Made by a program: the position numbers and the translations under genes | The notes under the pieces: model-generated | Database searches by the model: none | What the model was told of the DNA's origin: nothing | Seen by the model: only the letters and a program-made list of their open reading frames with translations | Assembly (NCBI GenBank): GCA_016700375.1 | Contig: CP065016.1 | Coordinates: 1 to 32,000, forward strand | DNA length: 32,000 bases | Source of the DNA: Candidatus Saccharimonadota bacterium | Lineage (GTDB): Bacteria > Patescibacteriota > Saccharimonadia > Saccharimonadales > UBA4665 | Reading direction: 5' to 3' | Shown here: piece after piece, positions 25,084 through 32,000 of the stretch | Numbering within the stretch: the stretch's first letter is position 1 | How the letters are laid out: each line of letters starts with the position of its first letter

Positions 25084-25944
25084 ATGGCTACATATGGACA
25101 CGTAATATTTTTTTCGTTGGTAGGCGGACTGTTTTCGCTCATAGGCGGGGCGTTGCTGCTCAGCCGTGAAAAAACGGCGCTTGCACTGGCCAAGTACGCG
25201 ACGCCGTTTGCGGCCGGAGCGCTTGTTGCCGCAGTATTTATGGATTTGCTGCTCGATGGGCTTGAAGAAGCTCATGCGAAAACGCTGTTGCTATCTACAG
25301 TCATTGGCGTGGTGCTGTTCTATCTGATGGAACGGTTTATTCACTGGTTTCATCACCATCATCGCGCAGATGAAGGGAAGTTTGTCTCAGAGCACCATGA
25401 TAGTACGTTGCCGCTTATTATTGCAGGCGATACAATTCACAATGCCTTGGACGGCGTGGCTATAGCGGCTTCGTTTCTTATTAGCGTGCCCACGGGCATC
25501 GTCACTACTATTGCCGTGGCAGCACATGAAATCCCGCAAGAAATTGGTGATTTTGGGCTCATGCTTCACAAAGGCTTGTCGCGTAAAAAAGCACTACTCG
25601 TAAATGCGCTCAGCGCATTGGCTACAACAATTATGGCAATCCTCACGTTTGCAGTTGGAAGTGCGGAAAAACTCCCTATGGGTGTGCTCATTGGATTGAG
25701 CGCAGGGTTTCTGCTGTACATAGCCATGAGCGACATCATCCCTGAGCTACACAAACACGATAAAGGCCGCAAATTTGTTGATTGGCAGCCGCTTATGCTC
25801 ATACTCGGTATAGTTACGGTGATATTGGCCGTGCAAATCGCGCACCAGTACATAGATGCTGGACACGAGCACGAGCACACATCGGAACATGCGGCGGTCG
25901 AGTCACATCACGACGCTGACCATGAGCATGCGGCTCACGAGTAA
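25084..25944 (+). CDS. zupT: ZIP-family metal (zinc) transporter
   Basis: HNALDGVAIAASF and AHEIPQEIGDFGLML motifs. His-rich loop and tail (HWFHHHHR; HEHEHTSEH...HHDADHEH). Confidence 0.85.
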   Translation: MATYGHVIFFSLVGGLFSLIGGALLLSREKTALALAKYATPFAAGALVAAVFMDLLLDGLEEAHAKTLLLSTVIGVVLFYLMERFIHWFHHHHRADEGKFVSEHHDSTLPLIIAGDTIHNALDGVAIAASFLISVPTGIVTTIAVAAHEIPQEIGDFGLMLHKGLSRKKALLVNALSALATTIMAILTFAVGSAEKLPMGVLIGLSAGFLLYIAMSDIIPELHKHDKGRKFVDWQPLMLILGIVTVILAVQIAHQYIDAGHEHEHTSEHAAVESHHDADHEHAAHE

Positions 25945-25999
25945 TGTAGCTATAAAGTCATGATGTTCAGGGCAGGCTCTTGCCTGTATACTGAAATAT

Positions 26000-27082
26000 A
26001 TGGAAATGGTGGCAATTATTGTCCTGGGGGTTTTAGCGGCAGCTTTGGGCGGAGCGCTTGTATATGTATTGACTCACGCGAGCACAGATAATGGCCAGAG
26101 CGCCCTGCTGCTAAAAGAAGATTTACGCAATCTCAGCGAGGACATCACCAAGCTCAAAGAGGGCGTGCAGACGCAAATTAGCGACCGGCTCGATAAATCT
26201 CAGTCTGCTATGTTTGGCGCGCTCCAAAAACAATCGACTGAGAGCAACAAAATTATCACCGAGATTACCCGGAACCTCACCGAGCTAAAGGAATCGAACA
26301 AGCGGGTGGTAGATGTGGCCGATGAGCTCAAGACACTCCAAAACGTACTGCAAAACCCAAAGCAGCGCGGAGGGTTGGGCGAATACTACCTCGACACGGT
26401 GCTGGGGAACGTGCTGCCACCGCATGTGTACGAAACGCAGTACAAGTTCAAAGACGGCGAGATTGTGGATGCCGTCATAAAACTAGACAAGGGTCGTCTA
26501 CTGCCGATAGATAGCAAGTTTAGCTTAGAAAACTACAACCGGCTCATTGAGGAAAAAGACAAAACACAGCGTGAAATCATAGTAAAAACATTCAAGTCCG
26601 ACCTTAAACTACGTATAGACGAAACCAGTAAATACATTCGCCCCAGTGAAAACACGCTCGACTACGCCTTTATGTTCATACCCAGCGAGGCCATTTACTA
26701 CGACCTGCTGGTTAATAACGTGGGGGCAACTGGCACCAATGCGCGTGACCTCATAGAATACGCCTTTATAGATAAGAAAGTCATCATCGTCAGCCCCACA
26801 ACGCTGCTAGCGTACCTGCAAACGGTTATGCAAGGGCTCAAAAGTTTGCAAATAGAAGAGCAAGCCAAAGATATTCAAAAACGGGTGGGCGAGCTGGGCA
26901 AGCACATTGCGGCGCACGACAGCTTTATGCAAAAACTTGGCAATGCGCTTGGGACTACGGTGAATCACTTCAATGCCGCACACAAAAGCCTCGGCCGTAT
27001 GGACCGCGATGTTGTGAAGATAGCCGACACGACCGCCAGCGTCGAACCGCTCTTGCTCGACAAACCGCAAGCCAACGACTAA
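26000..27082 (+). CDS. rmuC: DNA recombination protein RmuC
   Basis: N-terminal TM segment, a long coiled coil, and a C-terminal nuclease-like core (DAVIKL...LPIDSKF...AFMFIPSEAIY). Confidence 0.85.
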   Translation: MEMVAIIVLGVLAAALGGALVYVLTHASTDNGQSALLLKEDLRNLSEDITKLKEGVQTQISDRLDKSQSAMFGALQKQSTESNKIITEITRNLTELKESNKRVVDVADELKTLQNVLQNPKQRGGLGEYYLDTVLGNVLPPHVYETQYKFKDGEIVDAVIKLDKGRLLPIDSKFSLENYNRLIEEKDKTQREIIVKTFKSDLKLRIDETSKYIRPSENTLDYAFMFIPSEAIYYDLLVNNVGATGTNARDLIEYAFIDKKVIIVSPTTLLAYLQTVMQGLKSLQIEEQAKDIQKRVGELGKHIAAHDSFMQKLGNALGTTVNHFNAAHKSLGRMDRDVVKIADTTASVEPLLLDKPQAND

Positions 27083-27116
27083 ACGACTAGGTCTTATCAC
27101 TATTAGAGCGTAATCT

Positions 27117-27386
27117 TTATTTCAATACTACGTAGATAAAAAAGAAAAAGATCGGTACAACAATTAAGACTGCGGTGCAGACAACTTTGTAGACCTCGCT
27201 TCGATTGGCTCGCATACTAATCGCAAAACGCAGCGCTTCTAATTGTTCATCTTCAATAGGGCTTCGTCGTGGTAACGATGCTAACTCCGATATTCGAGCC
27301 CGACGCCGCCATGCCTTATATCTGTCCACACCAACTATAACCACGAAGAAGGAAAGGGCTAGGGCAGTATCCAAGGTAAAATTCAT
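27117..27386 (-). CDS. Hypothetical small membrane protein (89 aa)
   Basis: Two TM helices. TACAAT lies 8 nt upstream of the ATG, matching the pattern seen at other genes here. Confidence 0.45.
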   Translation of the reverse strand: MNFTLDTALALSFFVVIVGVDRYKAWRRRARISELASLPRRSPIEDEQLEALRFAISMRANRSEVYKVVCTAVLIVVPIFFFFIYVVLK

Positions 27387-27455
27387 TAGGATTTATTGTA
27401 CCAAACCATGATGGGCAGAATTATGCCCGCGGGTTTCTATGCCATACTGAGAGAC

Positions 27456-28586
27456 CTATTTCTTAACTTGTTTGCGGACGCTTGCAGTTAGTTTGCGGGC
27501 GGCAAGGGCGGCGCATTCGGATTTTGCGTCGGTGTACATCATTTGTTCTGGCGGGGTTTTTTGTGTCCAGGCGCTGGGACCGCGCAGGGCACCGACCACA
27601 CCGAGCTCTCGGGCAACTTTCAGGTAGCGAATGGCATCTATCACAACCCCCGCGCTGTTTTCGCTGTCTTGCACCGAAAGCTTGAGGTCCATGGTAATCG
27701 GTGCACCGCCAAAGCCTTTAAGGCGGATATTGAAGTAGGCAACTTTATTGTCTTTTAGGTAGGGGAGGAAGGTGCTCGGCCCGGCGAACAGGCTGTGTTC
27801 TGGTACCGGTATGCCGCGTATGTCGTTTTGGGCGCGAATGACGTTTTCTTTACTTTTCTTTTTACTGGCCAGCCGCGACTGCACCATCATGTTGTTGAAG
27901 TCGGTGTTACCGCCAATGTTGAGCTGCTGGTGAAACTCCACCTCTGCACCGCGGTCGAAGGCAAGCTCTTGCAGGACCTGGCTGACCACACTCGCACCAA
28001 TCTGCGAGCGCATGTCGTCGCCTATAAGCGGCAGGCCGGCATCGATAAACTTTTGCTCCCACTTGGGGTCGCTGGCAATGAAAACTGGTATGCAGTTTAG
28101 GAACGCTACACCCGCATCTATAGCGCACTGGGCGTAGAACTCTGTCGCTTCCTGGGAACCAACCGGCAGGTAGTTTATGAGTATATCTGCCTTACCGTCT
28201 TTGAGTGCTTTTACGACATCTACCGGTTTAATCTTTGCAACACGGAAGCCGAATTCTTCTGGCTGTTCGAGCATGTAGTCGCTGACGCCGTCGAGTGGGT
28301 GACCCATTTGCACGACGGGTCCGGCCGAAACCTTTTCTTGAAACACTCGGGCGCAGTTTGGCTGAGCAAAGATGGCTTCGCCGGTGGTTTTGCCCACCTT
28401 GCGCGGGTCAACGTCAAATGTCGCTACGACGTCTATGTCACTGGTGCGGTAGCCGCCAATGTCGGCGAACATGACGCCCGGAATGTTCTCGCCCTTGTGC
28501 TCTCGGTAATATTCAAGCCCTTGGTAGAGTGAAGAAAAACAGTTTCCAACACCCACCACAGCAACTTTGATAACCTCTTTTTTCAT
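27456..28586 (-). CDS. ino1: Inositol-3-phosphate synthase (MIPS)
   Basis: KVAVVGVGNCFSSLYQGLEYY NAD-binding N-terminus and full-length similarity to prokaryotic MIPS. ATG 28586 is preceded by TAAGGAG. Confidence 0.85.
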   Translation of the reverse strand: MKKEVIKVAVVGVGNCFSSLYQGLEYYREHKGENIPGVMFADIGGYRTSDIDVVATFDVDPRKVGKTTGEAIFAQPNCARVFQEKVSAGPVVQMGHPLDGVSDYMLEQPEEFGFRVAKIKPVDVVKALKDGKADILINYLPVGSQEATEFYAQCAIDAGVAFLNCIPVFIASDPKWEQKFIDAGLPLIGDDMRSQIGASVVSQVLQELAFDRGAEVEFHQQLNIGGNTDFNNMMVQSRLASKKKSKENVIRAQNDIRGIPVPEHSLFAGPSTFLPYLKDNKVAYFNIRLKGFGGAPITMDLKLSVQDSENSAGVVIDAIRYLKVARELGVVGALRGPSAWTQKTPPEQMMYTDAKSECAALAARKLTASVRKQVKK

Positions 28587-28674
28587 AGTAATGCTCCTTA
28601 TGGTACTGCATTGTACTGGTACATGAACATATAAAACCAATACATAGTTATTACATCAGGTATAATAAATATTT

Positions 28675-29571
28675 ATGGATGATAGTCTACGGAAGTTTGT
28701 GGCAGTGGTGGAGGCCGGTACGTTCACGCGGGCAGCTGAGTTGCTCCATATTTCCCAACCTGCGCTGAGTGTGGCAGTCGCCAAGCTCGAAAAAAACATT
28801 GGCGAAAAACTTCTAGAGAGTAATGGCCGACATGGGGTTGTTCTTACCGAAGCAGGTAAACTTGTCTATGCGGCTGCGTTAGAGCACCGCAAGGTAGCGC
28901 AAAATCTCAAGCTCGAACTTATTTCACTGGGAAGTCAGAAAGTGCCGCTCAGGCTGGGGCTTATCGACAGCGTGGCGGTGTTACTGGCGAACTTGCCGCA
29001 GCAACTCAAGCTGCTAGAGTCGACAACCGAACTCGGTCTGTATGTGGCAAACTCGGCCTCTTTGCGTCGGGGTGTGCTGCAAAGTGAGCTCGATGTCGCC
29101 ATTATCGTCGCCGACGACCAAGCCGATAACCGACTCGAAATTGCCGCTGTTACTGCCGATAAGCTTGTGCTCGTCTGTTCTCCCGAAATGCAGGAAGTTT
29201 TCCAGACTCGGATTGATAATCGAGAACCATTGCCATTTTTGTCGTACGTACGCTCTTCTACGACGTTCAAAATAATTGATACTGAGTTACGGCGCTCGAG
29301 AATCGAAACCCAAGCCGTACTGTACTCAAGCAGCCCAGATGTAATGCTCGGAATGGTAGGACGTGGCAAGGGTGCGGCGGTATTGCCTCGGCTGCTCGTT
29401 AAAGACAAGATAGAAGCTGGAACGCTCTCTGTACTAGGTTACAAAGCAGAGCCGTTTGAAATACAGCGTCGTCTTCACGTAGTAACACTAAAAGGTCGCA
29501 CCATACCGCCCCGTTTGGTCGGCCTAGCCCTGGCCATGCGCGAGCAGCTTAAGGCATATACCATTGTCTAA
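28675..29571 (+). CDS. LysR-family transcriptional regulator
   Basis: N-terminal HTH (FVAVVEAGTFTRAAELLHISQPALS) and a substrate-binding C-terminal fold. Divergent from ino1. Confidence 0.85.
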   Translation: MDDSLRKFVAVVEAGTFTRAAELLHISQPALSVAVAKLEKNIGEKLLESNGRHGVVLTEAGKLVYAAALEHRKVAQNLKLELISLGSQKVPLRLGLIDSVAVLLANLPQQLKLLESTTELGLYVANSASLRRGVLQSELDVAIIVADDQADNRLEIAAVTADKLVLVCSPEMQEVFQTRIDNREPLPFLSYVRSSTTFKIIDTELRRSRIETQAVLYSSSPDVMLGMVGRGKGAAVLPRLLVKDKIEAGTLSVLGYKAEPFEIQRRLHVVTLKGRTIPPRLVGLALAMREQLKAYTIV

Positions 29572-29615
29572 TTCGTCTGGGATGTTCTAATAACAGAGGG
29601 GCATTTTACTTGGGA

Positions 29616-30428
29616 TTACAGCCAGCCGACCGACACCGCCAGAAGCAGCAATATGCCAAGTACTATGCGGTAAATAGCGAATGGTTTGAAATTGTGGTGA
29701 GCGATGTAACGTAGCAGCCAGCTGACGGCCAGGAGCGCCGTGAAAAATGCTGCTACGAGTCCAATAACTATGCCTGCCCAGCCCCCAGATATACTTGGAA
29801 TATCTGCAGAGTATTTTGCGAGCTTGTAAGCACTGGCCAGCACTAGCACCGGTATGCTCAGGTAAAACGAAAATGCCGTGGCCGTTGGGCGGTTCAGCTT
29901 CACGGCGAGTCCGCTGACGATGGTTGCGCCGCTTCGCGACACGCCGGGCACCATGGCAACGCATTGGCCGAGCCCAACCAGGAGCGCTTGCTTTGGAGTT
30001 ATGGTATCGAGTGGAACAAGTTTTTCTGTGCGGTGCACGGGCTTGTTATCGACCAGCCATAAAATGATGCCGCCGATAATGAGAGCAAATGCTATGACCA
30101 CAGGTATGGATATAGCTGTCGAAATCTTGTCAAACGCCAAACCAATAACGCCAGCCGGTATGGTACCGAGGGCTAGAATCTTCCAGAAGTTGAGTGCTGC
30201 ACTTTCACGTCGCAGTAGCCCTACTGACTTCTGCCATAAATCGCGCCGGTAGTACCACACCACCGCAGCAATGGCACCTAGCTGGATAACCACCGTGAAT
30301 AGTTCGTGTGTATCTTTGAAGCCTATGAGCTCCTGAGTTAATATCAAATGTCCGGTGCTAGAAATAGGTAAGAATTCTGTTATGCCTTCGATAACGCCCA
30401 GCAGTAACGCCTGTAAAAATTCAATCAT
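29616..30428 (-). CDS. uppP: Undecaprenyl-diphosphate phosphatase
   Basis: EGITEFLPISSTGHL and PGVSRSGATI motifs. ATG 30428 lies 7 nt after TATACT. Confidence 0.9.
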   Translation of the reverse strand: MIEFLQALLLGVIEGITEFLPISSTGHLILTQELIGFKDTHELFTVVIQLGAIAAVVWYYRRDLWQKSVGLLRRESAALNFWKILALGTIPAGVIGLAFDKISTAISIPVVIAFALIIGGIILWLVDNKPVHRTEKLVPLDTITPKQALLVGLGQCVAMVPGVSRSGATIVSGLAVKLNRPTATAFSFYLSIPVLVLASAYKLAKYSADIPSISGGWAGIVIGLVAAFFTALLAVSWLLRYIAHHNFKPFAIYRIVLGILLLLAVSVGWL

Positions 30429-30533
30429 ACTTCCAAGTATAACACCGGCCAGCACTGGGTTTACTAATTATATTCCAGGCCACAATACCCCGGCCGTCAG
30501 GCCGTGGGAAGTTTATTCCTAATGCCCGCCTTC

Positions 30534-30682
30534 CTGACCCACACTCACTTCTTACTCCTGTGTCATCCCGACCCCCGTATCAAGTACGGGGTAAACTCCG
30601 TGGAGGGATCTCGTTAGGCGTACATCAGACAGGATCTTTCGGTTTCGCTCTAGATGACATTCAACAAGTGAGTGTGTGTCAG
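30534..30682. mobile_element. 149-bp MITE with terminal inverted repeats and a 9-bp target-site duplication
   Basis: The TIRs are CTGACCCACACTCACTTCTT (30534-30553) and the reverse complement of 30663-30682, CTGACACACACTCACTTGTT (18/20). The element is flanked by CCCGCCTTC at 30525-30533 and 30683-30691. The interior carries a GTCATCCCGA..GGGATC hairpin. Confidence 0.7.
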
Positions 30683-30782
30683 CCCGCCTTCAGAGGAGTG
30701 ACAAGCCAGATATATAATAACTTTGAGTTTCAGGGGGTTATGTGTTAGAAAACCTCGCGTTGTTTAACTTTTCCAGCTTCCT

Positions 30783-31592
30783 TCATAGGCCGCTCGTACT
30801 GGTAAAAGTACCACATAGTCGCTCGAGCGGCGTCGCCTTGTCAATGCCTTTGTGTGGGCGTACACAGTTGTAGTAATTCACAAACCTGGTAAGGGCTTTG
30901 GCTCGCTCCTCACGACTGTTAAATACCTCGGCGTTATGCCAGCTCTCCATTAGTGTTCGGATGGCTCGTTCGGCTTTGCCATTCGTCTGCGGACACTTCA
31001 CTTTGGTGAACTTCTGGGTGATGCCAGCCTCGCCACAGGCTTTCATGAAAGCATGTTCACCGTAACGGCCTTTGTACTCGGTGCCATTGTCGGTTAAGAT
31101 TCGTTCAATACCATAGGGGCATTGAGCCAGTACAGTACTGAGGAAATCCGCGCTACTGAACATGCTCTTGTCGGGGTAGATACCAACGTACAGCTCTCTT
31201 GAGTAGTCATCAATAGCCACAAACAGATATTCATGGCCGTCCAGCTTCGTTTCGCCCGTAAGTAGTGGTAGACGTTTAGTATCCATATGCAACATCTCGC
31301 CTGGATAGTCTTTCTCGTAACGTTTGGCAGTCCGGGCTAGTTTATCTTGGATTGATCGCTCAATTTTGCCCAGCCGCTTTAAGCCGTACTCCAGGCATTG
31401 GTAGCGTTTGTTAGTACTGACGTGCAGGCTGTAGTCATCCCGCCGAGCCCGAGTGAGGATCTTTTGTATAGTGGGGTAGGACACCCCATATTTGGCAATG
31501 AGATCTTTCTTACGTAAGTTGAGGACAAAATAATCCTCTGCCAATGCTTTACGTTGAAACGGCATGAGCCGTGTTCGTTTATGTACTACCAT
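30783..31592 (-). CDS. DDE transposase (rve integrase core), IS481-like
   Basis: N-terminal HTH (YGVSYPTIQKILTRAR). The catalytic residues are probably among HMDTK, AIDDYSREL, LTDNGTEY and QTNGKAERAI. Confidence 0.85.
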   Translation of the reverse strand: MVVHKRTRLMPFQRKALAEDYFVLNLRKKDLIAKYGVSYPTIQKILTRARRDDYSLHVSTNKRYQCLEYGLKRLGKIERSIQDKLARTAKRYEKDYPGEMLHMDTKRLPLLTGETKLDGHEYLFVAIDDYSRELYVGIYPDKSMFSSADFLSTVLAQCPYGIERILTDNGTEYKGRYGEHAFMKACGEAGITQKFTKVKCPQTNGKAERAIRTLMESWHNAEVFNSREERAKALTRFVNYYNCVRPHKGIDKATPLERLCGTFTSTSGL

Positions 31593-31596
31593 AGTG

Positions 31597-31660
31597 GTAG
31601 CCTCCTCTCGTTGGGTTAGTTAGTTGGTTGTACTCTAACTTTTACCATGGAGGAGGCTAC
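31597..31660 (-). promoter_or_regulatory. 5'-UTR hairpin sequestering the transposase RBS
   Basis: GUAGCCUCCUC (31660-31650) pairs with GAGGAGGCUAC (31607-31597). The latter contains the GAGGAGG SD, 4 nt before the ATG. Confidence 0.5.
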
Positions 31661-31788
31661 TTTGGTTGTCTAGAAAGTTAAATAACGCTCGGGGATTTTA
31701 CAGGTTATGTATTGATTGTTAATAATGCTAATGCTAGGATAAGGCAAGGTTAATATTCCTTAATTTTAGATAGCATGGAGGACATGGA

Positions 31789-32000
31789 ATGAGTGATTTT
31801 TTTCAGCAGGCTAGAAATATGCAAGTGGGAGGGGGCGCGACAAGCAGCCACTCAAACGTTTTAGCGTCCACTCCCATGCCATCATCTCTAAAAGAGATAG
31901 TATCTGCTTGGGAGGCGATAAATAAAGAACTTTCAAGTAAAGGGTATACGTCTTTCAGCTTTGACTTGAGCGATACCGGGCTTGCTCGGGCTACGACCGG
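31789..32000 (+). CDS. Hypothetical protein, N-terminal 70 codons (runs off the window)
   Basis: ATG 31789 is preceded by GGAGG (31777-31781). The frame is open to the window end. The region is low in GC. This ORF is absent from the supplied track because it has no stop codon. Confidence 0.4.
   Translation, partial: MSDFFQQARNMQVGGGATSSHSNVLASTPMPSSLKEIVSAWEAINKELSSKGYTSFSFDLSDTGLARATT

Larger units (their letters stand above)
30747..31702 (-). mobile_element. IS481-like insertion sequence
   Basis: A single DDE transposase ORF. Imperfect terminal inverted repeats (..CGTTGTTTAACTTTTC at 30758-30773 versus the reverse complement of 31672-31687, CGTTATTTAACTTTCT). Flanking direct repeat GGTTATGTGTT / GGTTATGTATT (30736-30746 and 31703-31713). 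The exact ends are uncertain. Confidence 0.65.

Overview
Gene-dense bacterial chromosomal segment of roughly 50% GC. It uses the standard code: TGA acts as a stop, for example at the end of typA. I call about 31 CDS. Most are housekeeping or ion-homeostasis genes: typA, rarA, rmuC, maf, tgt plus yhhQ, uppP, a MIPS-type inositol-3-phosphate synthase, corA, two CNNM/CorC-type genes, a Kef-type antiporter, and a Fur-family regulator next to a ZIP transporter. The rest includes an ABC-2 exporter with a CPBP protease, a LysM wall protein, and several orphan genes with lower GC. The compact gene set and the many GTCATCCCGAA..TTCGGGATCCAT-type hairpin repeats suggest a small-genome CPR/Patescibacteria-like organism; this is inference only and cannot be verified here. 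The most unusual content is non-coding. (1) Two diverged copies of a 370-480 nt element (5787-6267 and 17743-18116) keep the same order of conserved single-stranded blocks, while their stems change sequence but stay paired. I cannot assign this candidate structured RNA to any family from memory. (2) At the left edge there is a promoter-led structured region with three repeats of a hairpin module, followed by two identical tRNA-Gln(CUG) 5' segments. The fully visible one has no T arm. (3) Mobile and repeat content includes a 149-bp MITE with a 9-bp target duplication and an IS481-like element whose RBS is sequestered in a hairpin. (4) There is a diverged fossil copy of the typA 5' end. (5) Genes recurrently have a TATACT box 6-9 nt upstream of the ATG, which suggests leaderless mRNAs. 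No CRISPR array, reverse transcriptase, recognisable defence system or toxin-antitoxin pair was seen. All family calls rest on motifs read from the translations; no database search was possible.
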